From positions 19,864-43,863 of the forward strand of contig DATJSL010000030.1 of NCBI GenBank assembly GCA_035504115.1: 24,000 nucleotides of DNA. Reading direction: 5' to 3'. This document shows positions 8,494 through 17,853 of this stretch, in pieces. Both the position numbers and the translations under genes were made by a program. Within the stretch, counting starts at the first letter, position 1, and each line of letters starts with the position of its first letter. Source of the DNA: Steroidobacteraceae bacterium (GTDB lineage: Bacteria; Pseudomonadota; Gammaproteobacteria; Steroidobacterales; Steroidobacteraceae). The notes beneath the pieces were generated by a model. The model saw only the letters and a list, made by a program, of their open reading frames with translations, ran no database searches and was not told the DNA's origin.

Positions 8494-9786
8494 ATGAGCA
8501 CGAAATACGAGCTGAAGAACCTTTCCACCGGCAAGACCGCCGAGCTGCCGGCGCGCTCCGGCACGCTCGGCCCGGATTGTCTCGATATCTCGCATCTCAC
8601 TCGCGACCTCGGCGTGTTCACGTTCGATCCGGGCTTCATGGCCACGGCCAGCACGGAAAGCAAGATCACCTACATCGACGGCGATGCCGGCGTGCTGCTC
8701 TACCGCGGCTACCCGGTCGAGCAACTGGCCGAGAAGTCGAGCTTCCTCGAGGTCGCACACCTGCTCATCTACGGCATCCTCCCGGACAAGGCGCAGCTCA
8801 GCTCCTTCACCACATCGATCACGCGGCACACCATGGTGAACGAGCAGCTGCTGAGCTTTTTCGAGGGCTTCCATCACGACGCCCACCCGATGGCCATGGT
8901 CTCGGCCGTGGTGGCTTCGATGGCCGCCTTCTATCACGACACCACCGACATCGCCGACCCGCGCCACCGCGAGATCTTCGCTCATCGCATCGTCGCAAAG
9001 CTCCCGACGATCGCCGCGGCGGCCTACAAGCACACTCTCGGCCAGCCTTTCGTCTATCCGCGCAATGATCTGCGCTATTGCGCCAACATGCTCAACATGT
9101 TCTTCGCGGTGCCGTGCGAGCCCTACGCGATCGACCCGGTGGCGGCGGAAGCCATCGACCTGCTCTTCATCCTGCACGCCGATCACGAGCAAAATGCAAG
9201 CACATCGACCGTGCGCCTGGCCGGCAGCACCGGCGCCAACCCGTACGCCGCCATCTCATCGGGCGTATCCGCCCTCTGGGGGCCCGCGCACGGCGGTGCG
9301 AATGAGGCCGTGCTCAACATGCTCGATGGCATCGGGTCGGCCGCTCACATCGACAAGTTCCTGGCCCGTGTGAAGGACAAGTCCGACAGCGTGCGGCTCA
9401 TGGGCTTCGGCCACCGCGTCTACAAGAACTTCGACCCGCGCGCCAAGATCATCCGCGAGATGTGCTATCGGGTGCTCGAGAAGCTCGGCAAGGGCAACAA
9501 CCCCCTGTTCGATCTGGCGCTCAAGCTCGAGGAGATCGCGCTCAAGGACGAGTATTTCGTTTCGCGCAAGCTCTATCCCAACGTCGACTTCTATTCGGGC
9601 ATCATCTACAGCGCCCTCGGCATTCCACGCTCCATGTTCACGGTCTTGTTCGCGATTGCGCGCACCGCCGGCTGGGTCGCGCACTGGCAGGAAATGGTGT
9701 CCGACCCGCACATGCGGATCGGACGGCCGCGCCAGCTCTACACCGGCCCCACTCAGAGGGACTACCGCTCGATCGACAAGCGCTGA
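8494..9786 (+). CDS. gltA: citrate synthase (type II, hexameric Gram-negative type)
   Basis: 430-aa ORF: [41 protein letters not shown]...[18 protein letters not shown]...[14 protein letters not shown] are GltA signatures. Confidence 0.95.
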   Translation: MSTKYELKNLSTGKTAELPARSGTLGPDCLDISHLTRDLGVFTFDPGFMATASTESKITYIDGDAGVLLYRGYPVEQLAEKSSFLEVAHLLIYGILPDKAQLSSFTTSITRHTMVNEQLLSFFEGFHHDAHPMAMVSAVVASMAAFYHDTTDIADPRHREIFAHRIVAKLPTIAAAAYKHTLGQPFVYPRNDLRYCANMLNMFFAVPCEPYAIDPVAAEAIDLLFILHADHEQNASTSTVRLAGSTGANPYAAISSGVSALWGPAHGGANEAVLNMLDGIGSAAHIDKFLARVKDKSDSVRLMGFGHRVYKNFDPRAKIIREMCYRVLEKLGKGNNPLFDLALKLEEIALKDEYFVSRKLYPNVDFYSGIIYSALGIPRSMFTVLFAIARTAGWVAHWQEMVSDPHMRIGRPRQLYTGPTQRDYRSIDKR

Positions 9787-9789
9787 ACG

Positions 9790-11502
9790 ATGCCGGCGAC
9801 CGTCACGCACCGTTCGCTCGCAGCCCTCGCCGCCGCCTCATTGCTGCTGTGCGCGCGCCTCGCAGCGGCGGCGCAGACGGCTCCGAGCGGCGCGGTCCCC
9901 GACGCGGCCGGCTCGGGGGCTGCGGCCGGCTCGGGGGCTGCGGCCGGCTCGGCCGCGGCGCCGGGCGAGCACACGCTGTGTTCGGAGCCTGACACCCGCG
10001 TCGCGCTCGGCAGCGCGCAATGGAACGGCTGGGGGCGGGGCCCGGACAACACGCGTTATCAGCCGGAGCCTGCGATCCGCGCCATGGATGTGCCGAAGCT
10101 CGCGCTGCGCTGGGCGTTCGGCTATTCAGGCGGTGCGGCGGCCGGACAGCCCACCGTCGTCGACGGCCGATTGTTCGTGGCGAGCGCCAGCGGCCGCGTG
10201 TATTCGCTGGATGCGAAAACCGGCTGCACCTACTGGACCTTCGATGCCCAGGCCGGGGTGCACACCGCCGTCTCGATCGCGGAGCTCGCGCCCCGCAAGA
10301 GTCCGCCGAAGATGCCGAAGGCGTCGAAGCGCAGGCGCGGCAGGCATCAGTTGATCGATGCGCACCTGGAGATGCCGAAGGCACCGAGCGCGGCCTTCTT
10401 CGGCGACGACAAGGGGGCCGTCTATGCGCTCGATGCCCAGACGGGCGCGCTCTTGTGGAAGACGCAGATCGACGAGCACCCGCTCGCGCGCATCGAGGGC
10501 TCACCCACGATCTATCTCGACCGGGTGTACGTCGGCGTCGGCTCGAGCGAGCCCGAGTCTGCCGCCGCGCCGGGCTACGCTTGCTGCTCGTTTCGCGGCA
10601 GCGTCGCGGCGCTCGACATCGTCAGCGGACACATCGAGTGGAAGACCTATCTGGTGAGCGGGGACCCCCAGCCGCTCGAGTCTGCCGCCGGGCCGCGATT
10701 TGGACCGGCCGGCGCCGCCATCGCGGATGCGCCCACGGTGGACGCGGCACGCGGCGTGGTCTATGTCGGAACGGGCGAGACATTCAATCCGAAGGCGCAG
10801 CCCCTGGCCGACGCCGTGGTCGCCCTCGATCTCACCGACGGCAAGCTGCGCTGGGCCAAGCAGCTCGCCGACGCCGGCGGCGAATCCTCGCCCATCGATG
10901 CTTCGCCGATCCTGCGCGCGATCGGCCCCGGCAAGCAGTCGCTTCTGGTCGGCGAGCGCTCCGGCGCGGTGTACGCCCTCGATCCCGACCGGGCGGGCGA
11001 GATCTTGTGGCAGATCAAGGGCCCGGGCGATGCCGCCGGCGGCGTCGCCTGGGGCGCGGCCGCGGATCATCGCAGCGTATTCGTGGCCCTCTCCGGCCTC
11101 GACGCCGAGCCGCCCAACCCTACCGGGAGCTTGACGGCGATCGACGTCAGGACGGGCGCGCGGCGCTGGCTGACCGCGGCACCGGATCCCGCGTGCAGCT
11201 GGGGTCGCGATCCGGCGTGCGTTCATGGACAGGCCCAGGCGGTCACGGTGATTCCCGGAGCCGCCTTCTGCGGCTCGCTGGACGGCCACTTGCGCGCGTA
11301 CTCGACTCTCGACGGCAAGGTTCTGTGGGATTACGACACCGCCAAGGATTTCACGACCGTGAATCACGTCAAGGCGGCCGGCGGCTCGCTCGATCGCGGC
11401 GGTCCCACGATCGTGAACGGCATGGTTTACCTCAATTCAGGCTCGGGTGGCCGGGGCCGAGCGGGCAACGTGCTGCTCGCCTTCTCGGTCGACGGCAAAT
11501 AG
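9790..11502 (+). CDS. secreted PQQ-type beta-propeller quinoprotein dehydrogenase, polyvinyl-alcohol-dehydrogenase-like, no cytochrome c domain seen
   Basis: 570-aa ORF with a signal peptide (MPATVTHRSLAALAAASLLLCARLAAAAQ). Repeated propeller motifs (GRLFVASASGRVYSLDAKTG, GAVYALDAQTGALLWK, GKLRWAK, GAVYALDPDRAGEILWQ, GHLRAYSTLDGKVLWDY). A vicinal Cys pair (GYACCSFRG) as in PQQ dehydrogenases. No CxxCH motif. Confidence 0.75.
   Translation: MPATVTHRSLAALAAASLLLCARLAAAAQTAPSGAVPDAAGSGAAAGSGAAAGSAAAPGEHTLCSEPDTRVALGSAQWNGWGRGPDNTRYQPEPAIRAMDVPKLALRWAFGYSGGAAAGQPTVVDGRLFVASASGRVYSLDAKTGCTYWTFDAQAGVHTAVSIAELAPRKSPPKMPKASKRRRGRHQLIDAHLEMPKAPSAAFFGDDKGAVYALDAQTGALLWKTQIDEHPLARIEGSPTIYLDRVYVGVGSSEPESAAAPGYACCSFRGSVAALDIVSGHIEWKTYLVSGDPQPLESAAGPRFGPAGAAIADAPTVDAARGVVYVGTGETFNPKAQPLADAVVALDLTDGKLRWAKQLADAGGESSPIDASPILRAIGPGKQSLLVGERSGAVYALDPDRAGEILWQIKGPGDAAGGVAWGAAADHRSVFVALSGLDAEPPNPTGSLTAIDVRTGARRWLTAAPDPACSWGRDPACVHGQAQAVTVIPGAAFCGSLDGHLRAYSTLDGKVLWDYDTAKDFTTVNHVKAAGGSLDRGGPTIVNGMVYLNSGSGGRGRAGNVLLAFSVDGK
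9904..9952 (+). repeat. 18-bp in-frame tandem repeat, about 2.7 copies (gcggccggctcgggggct), encoding AAGSGA units
   Basis: Units at 9904-9921 and 9922-9939, with a partial unit at 9940-9952. It lies just after the predicted signal peptide of the quinoprotein. Confidence 0.9.
10310..10382 (+). repeat. 13-bp direct repeat AGATGCCGAAGGC (10310-10322 and 10370-10382), exactly 60 bp apart and in frame
   Basis: Read directly. The repeats bracket the codons for the highly basic segment ...KMPKASKRRRGRHQLIDAHLEMPKA... inside the propeller ORF. Confidence 0.85.
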
Positions 11503-11510
11503 GACAATAG

Positions 11511-13064
<1,554 letters not shown>

Positions 13065-13093
13065 GCGCAAGGCGCTCGCCCGGGCGGCGGCCG

Positions 13094-13109
13094 GCGCAGC
13101 GCGCTGCGC
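13094..13109. terminator. perfect 16-bp GC palindrome GCGCAGCGCGCTGCGC between convergent genes; possible bidirectional hairpin terminator (no U-tract)
   Basis: Read directly. A second small hairpin, GAGCGC-aag-GCGCTC, lies at 13063-13077. Both sit in the 52-bp gap between the protease stop (13064) and the bioA stop (13117). Confidence 0.3.
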
Positions 13110-13116
13110 GCGCGCC

Positions 13117-14370
13117 TCAGCCGAGCGTCTCGGCTGCGCTGCGTATCGCCCCGTACACCCGGTCGAGATCTTCCTCCGTGACGCAGTAGGGCGGCAGCAC
13201 GTAGATGGTGTTGCCCAGCGGCCGCAGCAGCACCTCGCCCGCCCGCCAGGAGGCGGTGAGCCGCGGTCCGACGGCAGCCAGATACCCGCGATCGGCCGTC
13301 TTCAGGTCCATCGCCACGATGGTCCCCGTCTGGCGCAGGTGCTCGAAGCGCTCATCGCCGCGCAGGCGCTCGAGCTGTGCGGACTGCAGGCGCACGAGAA
13401 CGGCGATGCGCTCGCGCACCGGCTCGGACTCCCACACCTCGAGATTGGCGAGCGCCGCCGCGCAGGCGATCGGGTTCGCGGTGAACGAGCTCGAATGGAA
13501 GAAGGTGCGACGCCGGTCCTCGGCATAGTGGGCCGCGAAGATCTCGGGGCGGCAGAGCGTCACGGCGAGGGGCAGCGCGCCACCGGTGAGCCCCTTGGAA
13601 TAGCATGCGATGTCCGGCGCGACGCCGGCCTGCTCGCAGGCGAATAAAGTGCCGGTCCTGCCCCAGCCCGTCATCACCTCATCGGCGATGAACAGCACGC
13701 CGTGACGCGCGCAGATGGCGCGCATGTCGGCGAGGAGCGAAGCGGGATACATGAGCATGCCGCCCGCGCCGAGCACGAGGGGCTCGATCAGCAGCGCAGC
13801 GGCCTCGCCGGTGCGGCAGTGGGCCTCGAGCGCCTCGAGCGTCGCACTCTCCCGGCCGGGCGCCGGAAAGGGAATGCGCGCCACCTCGAAGAGCAGCCGT
13901 TCGTACGCTTCGGTGAAGGCGCCGCGCTCGCCGACCGACATCGCGCCCACGGTATCGCCGTGGTAGCTGTGCTGCATCACGATGATACGGTGCCGGGGCT
14001 CGCCGCCGTGCCGCCAGTAACCGAGCGCCATCTTCAGCGCGACCTCGACGCTGGTCGATCCGCTGTCGGAGAAGAACACGTGCGCAAGACCCGGGGGCGC
14101 AACGGCGAGGAGCTTCTCGGCCAGCCGCTCCGCGGGCTCGTGGCTGTACTCGGCGAAGATGACCTGATCGAGCGTCTCGGCGGCCGTACGGATGGCGGCG
14201 ACGATGCGCGGATGCCGGTGCCCGTGGGTGATGACCCACCACGAGGAGATGGCGTCGATGATGCGCCGGCCGTCGGCGGTGATCAGGTAGGCACCCTCGG
14301 TGCGCAGCACTTTGGGAAAATCCGCGCGCAGCGCATGCTGCGTGAACGGGTGCCAGATGATCGAGCTCAC
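13117..14370 (-). CDS. bioA: adenosylmethionine-8-amino-7-oxononanoate aminotransferase
   Basis: The C-terminal 417 aa of the 680-aa track ORF are BioA: [68 protein letters not shown] (PLP Lys). The first usable in-frame start is GTG at 14368-14370, overlapping the bioD stop (GTGA). Upstream in-frame codons encode only G/H/R repeats and contain no start codon. Confidence 0.88.
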   Translation of the reverse strand: MSSIIWHPFTQHALRADFPKVLRTEGAYLITADGRRIIDAISSWWVITHGHRHPRIVAAIRTAAETLDQVIFAEYSHEPAERLAEKLLAVAPPGLAHVFFSDSGSTSVEVALKMALGYWRHGGEPRHRIIVMQHSYHGDTVGAMSVGERGAFTEAYERLLFEVARIPFPAPGRESATLEALEAHCRTGEAAALLIEPLVLGAGGMLMYPASLLADMRAICARHGVLFIADEVMTGWGRTGTLFACEQAGVAPDIACYSKGLTGGALPLAVTLCRPEIFAAHYAEDRRRTFFHSSSFTANPIACAAALANLEVWESEPVRERIAVLVRLQSAQLERLRGDERFEHLRQTGTIVAMDLKTADRGYLAAVGPRLTASWRAGEVLLRPLGNTIYVLPPYCVTEEDLDRVYGAIRSAAETLG

Positions 14371-15107
14371 GGCGCGCCGGTCCCCGCCGCCCCCGCCGTG
14401 GCGCCCGTGGCCGCCCCCGCCGCCGCGGCGCCTGTGGCCGCCCCCGCCGCCGTGGCCCCTGTGGCCGCCGTCGCCGCGGGGTCGAGGAATTGCTCGCGGG
14501 CAAACGCTTGCGCGAAGGCCGCCGCGAGCGTGCCCGGTGTCAGCGGATCGAGATACGGCAAGCGGCCGAGCACCGGGACATCCCCGAGCGCGCCGATGAT
14601 GCGCTCGTTGTCCGCATGCGCATCGCCGATGAAGGCGATGCCGAGGAGGGGAATCGCCCGGCTGCGCAGCGCCTCGATCGACAGCAGCGTGTGGTTGATG
14701 GTTCCGAGCCGGGTCCGCGCGCACAGCACGACCGGCGCGCCCCAGCGCCGAAAGAGATCGACGAGGAGCATGTGCCGCGTGAGCGGCACCAAAAGGCCGC
14801 CCGCTCCCTCGACGATCAGCGTGCGGCCCGCCGCCGGCAGGGTGAGCCGCGCCGCATCGATCGCGACGCCGTCGATCTCGGCGGCGAGGTGCGGCGAGGC
14901 CGGGGTGCGCAACCGCCAGGCTTCCGGCAGGATGCGCTCGGCGGGCAGCTCCGCGAGGCGCTGCACCAGCGCCGAGTCGGTCTCCCCGGCGAGTCCGGAC
15001 TGCACCGGCTTCCAGTACGCGCCCTGCACAAGCCGCGTGAGGCCGGCGCAAAACACCGTCTTGCCGACGTCCGTATCGGTGCCTGTGACGATGATGCTCG
15101 CGCTCAT
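14367..15107 (-). CDS. bioD: dethiobiotin synthase with an unusual Ala/Gly/Thr-rich C-terminal tail
   Basis: 246-aa ORF: [23 protein letters not shown] (P-loop), [22 protein letters not shown] overlap with the bioF stop (15104-15107). The last ~36 aa are [36 protein letters not shown]. Confidence 0.9.
   Translation of the reverse strand: MSASIIVTGTDTDVGKTVFCAGLTRLVQGAYWKPVQSGLAGETDSALVQRLAELPAERILPEAWRLRTPASPHLAAEIDGVAIDAARLTLPAAGRTLIVEGAGGLLVPLTRHMLLVDLFRRWGAPVVLCARTRLGTINHTLLSIEALRSRAIPLLGIAFIGDAHADNERIIGALGDVPVLGRLPYLDPLTPGTLAAAFAQAFAREQFLDPAATAATGATAAGAATGAAAAGAATGATAGAAGTGAP
14387..14464 (-). repeat. three tandem units (24+27+27 bp) of ccgcccccgccgccg(c/t)gg(c)gcc(c)(c/t)gtgg, encoding AATGA(T/A)A(A)G units at the BioD C-terminus
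   Basis: Units read directly at 14387-14410, 14411-14437 and 14438-14464 (plus-strand coordinates). Confidence 0.85.
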
Positions 15108-16246
15108 GGCGCGAGCAGCTCGGCGAGAGCGCCGAACAAGGCGTCGATCGCGGCCTCATCGACGTTCAGGGTCACCGAGATCCTGAGGCGCGCGGTGCCT
15201 TCGGGCACCGTCGGCGGGCGTACCGCGCGCACGTCGAACCCGCGCTCGCGCAGGGCGGTGGCGAGCGCGAGTGCGCGGCCATCCTCGCCCACGATCACCG
15301 GCAGGATCTGCGAGCCGCTCGGGTGCGCCGCGCCGCGCGCGCGCGCCGCCCGGGAGGCGGCGCCGACCAGATGCGCGAGCCGCCGGCGCCGCTCGGGCTC
15401 CTCCTTCAGGATGTCGAGCGCCTCGAGCGCGGCCGCGGCCATCAGCGGCGAAGGCGCCGTCGAATAGATGAACGGGCGGCAGCGATTGATCAGAAACTCG
15501 CACAGCACGCGCGGACCCGCGACCAGCGCACCGGCGCCGCCCAGCGCCTTGCCGCAGGTGTGCAGCGTGAGCACGTTCTCGCGCCCTTCGAGCTCTGCCG
15601 CGAGACCGCGCCCGTCCATCCCGTACACGCCCGTGGCATGCGCCTCGTCGATGAACAGCATGGCGTCGTGCCGGTCGGCGAGCGCGATCAGCTCATCGAG
15701 GGGCGCGCGATCGCCGTCCATGCTGTACAGGCTCTCGACCGCCATCCACACGCGCCCGCGGGCGCCGCTCCCGCGAAAGTCCTGGATCGCTTTCTCGAAG
15801 GCGGCGGGGTCGTTGTGGGCGGCGCAGGTGAACTGCGCGCGCCCGGCGCGCGCGCCCTCGTGGGCGCTGGCGTGAACCAGGGCATCGAGCACGACCAGAT
15901 CGTCCCGTTGCGGCAAGGTCGACAGGACGGCGTAGTTCGCGAAATAGCCGCTGCCGAAAAAAAGCGTGCGCTCGGCGCGGAAGAACGCAGCCGCCTTCGC
16001 CTCGAGCGCCTCGTGCTCGGGGGCGTTGCCGCGCAGCAGCCTCGAGCCGCCCGCGCCCACCGGGGTGCCGCGGGCAAGCGCGCTGGTCACCGCGGCCTTG
16101 AGGCGCGCACACGCGGCGAGACCCAGATAATCGTTGGACGTGAAATCGAGCCCCACGCGCGGCGCGAGCGAGCGCTTGCGGCTCTGGTCGGTCAGGGCGT
16201 CGAGCGCCGCCTGATAAGGAGCGAGGCCCGAGGCCCTCAAGGCCAC
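15104..16246 (-). CDS. bioF: 8-amino-7-oxononanoate synthase
   Basis: [44 protein letters not shown] and HTCGKALGG (PLP Lys) are BioF/AONS signatures. The track ORF (to 16369) is over-extended. Likely starts are GTG 16244-16246 or TTG 16238-16240, both overlapping the bioB stop (16237-16239). Confidence 0.88.
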   Translation of the reverse strand: MALRASGLAPYQAALDALTDQSRKRSLAPRVGLDFTSNDYLGLAACARLKAAVTSALARGTPVGAGGSRLLRGNAPEHEALEAKAAAFFRAERTLFFGSGYFANYAVLSTLPQRDDLVVLDALVHASAHEGARAGRAQFTCAAHNDPAAFEKAIQDFRGSGARGRVWMAVESLYSMDGDRAPLDELIALADRHDAMLFIDEAHATGVYGMDGRGLAAELEGRENVLTLHTCGKALGGAGALVAGPRVLCEFLINRCRPFIYSTAPSPLMAAAALEALDILKEEPERRRRLAHLVGAASRAARARGAAHPSGSQILPVIVGEDGRALALATALRERGFDVRAVRPPTVPEGTARLRISVTLNVDEAAIDALFGALAELLAP

Positions 16247-17223
16247 GACGGTTCCAGCGGCTTCAATCCGAGGCGCCGGAACAGCGCGCCATCCTGATCC
16301 TCGCCCGGATTGCCCGCCGTGAGCAGCGTGTCGCCCACGAAGATCGAATTGGCGCCTGCGAAGAAGCACAGCGCTTGCAGCTCATCGCTCATCGCCGTGC
16401 GCCCCGCCGAGAGCCTCACCATGGAGGTCGGCATGAGGATGCGCGCCAGGGCGATGGTGCGCACGAACTCGATGGGGTCGAGCGGCGGCGCCTCGGCGAG
16501 CGGCGTGCCCGGGATGGGGATCAGCCGATTGATCGGCACGCTCTCGGGCGCAACGGGCAGGTTGGCGAGGGTCACCAGAAAGGACACCCGGTCGGCGGCG
16601 TCCTCGCCCATGCCGACGATACCGCCGCAGCACACCTTCATTCCCGAGTCGCGCACGTAACGCAGGGTCTTTAGCCGGTCGGTCCACGATCGGGTGGTCG
16701 CGACCTCGCCGTAATAGCGCTCCGACGTGTCGATGTTGTGGTTGTAGTAGTCCAGACCCGCCTCCTTCAGGCGCTGTGCGTCCTCGCGTCGCAGCATCCC
16801 GAGGGTCATGCAGGTCTCGAGCCCGAGCGATTTGACCGCGCCCACCATCTCGGTGAGGCGCTGCATGTCGCGCGGCTTCGGCGAGCGCCATGCCGCGCCC
16901 ATGCAGTAGCGCGTCGCGCCTGCATCCTTGGCCCTGCGCGCCTCGGCCACCACCTCGCCCACCTCCATGAGCTTGGTGGCCGCAAGGCCGGTCTGATGCC
17001 GCGCGGACTGGCTGCAGTAGCCGCAGTCCTCGGGGCATCCGCCCGTCTTGATGCTGAGCAGCTGGCTGCGCTGCACCGCGTTGGCATCGAAGTGCCGCCG
17101 GTGAATGGTATGGGCGCGAAACAGCAGATCCGCGAAGGGCGCCGCGTACAACGCCTGCGCTTCTTGCATCGACCAGGGCGTGCGCGGGCCGGACTCGGCC
17201 GGCGGGGTGCAGTCGGGACTCAT
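16237..17223 (-). CDS. bioB: biotin synthase (radical SAM)
   Basis: 328-aa ORF with [17 protein letters not shown] (CxxxCxxC), RYCMGAAWR and [16 protein letters not shown] overlaps the stop codon of the upstream gene. Confidence 0.95.
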   Translation of the reverse strand: MSPDCTPPAESGPRTPWSMQEAQALYAAPFADLLFRAHTIHRRHFDANAVQRSQLLSIKTGGCPEDCGYCSQSARHQTGLAATKLMEVGEVVAEARRAKDAGATRYCMGAAWRSPKPRDMQRLTEMVGAVKSLGLETCMTLGMLRREDAQRLKEAGLDYYNHNIDTSERYYGEVATTRSWTDRLKTLRYVRDSGMKVCCGGIVGMGEDAADRVSFLVTLANLPVAPESVPINRLIPIPGTPLAEAPPLDPIEFVRTIALARILMPTSMVRLSAGRTAMSDELQALCFFAGANSIFVGDTLLTAGNPGEDQDGALFRRLGLKPLEPSWP

Positions 17224-17237
17224 CGATCCTGGGCCTC

Positions 17238-17849
17238 CTAGTTCGCATCCACGAGATCGGATACCTCGCGCGCATCGGCGCGCTTCATCGGCCGGCCGTC
17301 GACCGGCGAATACGGCGATTGGCGGATGCCGTCGATGGGAAACACCGTCGCATCGACCGTGCGGCCGCTCGCCTCGAAGCGCAGCGCGGGATAGTTGATG
17401 CTGCGCTCGGCATCCATCTTGACGCGCCGCTCGTAGAACTGGTGCGGCACGCCGATCTCGAGCAGGCGTATCGCCACGGACTCGGAGCGGTCGGCGAACA
17501 AATGCAGATTGATGTCGCTGTAATTGGTCGCCGTGCCGGTGAGCACCGAGCCCACCAGCCGCGGCTGAAACTCCTCCAAAAGCCGCATGGTGTGCAGGGC
17601 GATACGCCGCTGCTCCTTCAAGGTGTGCCCGTGGGAGTCGCCGCCGAAGAGGCGCTGATGGGCGCGCAGCGCCGCCTCGATCTCCACGTTCGAGGGCAGC
17701 ACCGAGACCTCGTGCACCCCGAGCCGGTCGGCGGCCTTGCGCTTGGCCTGAAGAAAGTCCTCGATGCCATGCTCGGCCATGATGCGTGCGGCTTCCTGAG
17801 CGAGCGCCCGCCGCAGATCCTCGGCGCGCTGCGAATACTTCTTGGGCAT
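17238..17849 (-). CDS. conserved hypothetical protein with a degenerate Pol-beta-type nucleotidyltransferase-like motif
   Basis: The ORF listed from 17879 probably starts at ATG 17847-17849 ([14 protein letters not shown]...), 4 nt after the mrcA stop. It contains [21 protein letters not shown] (GS-x10-D-x-N where minimal NTases have D-x-D/E) and a later VDATVF. GC-rich codon usage is like its neighbours. I cannot name a family. Confidence 0.6.
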   Translation of the reverse strand: MPKKYSQRAEDLRRALAQEAARIMAEHGIEDFLQAKRKAADRLGVHEVSVLPSNVEIEAALRAHQRLFGGDSHGHTLKEQRRIALHTMRLLEEFQPRLVGSVLTGTATNYSDINLHLFADRSESVAIRLLEIGVPHQFYERRVKMDAERSINYPALRFEASGRTVDATVFPIDGIRQSPYSPVDGRPMKRADAREVSDLVDAN

Positions 17850-17853
17850 ATGT

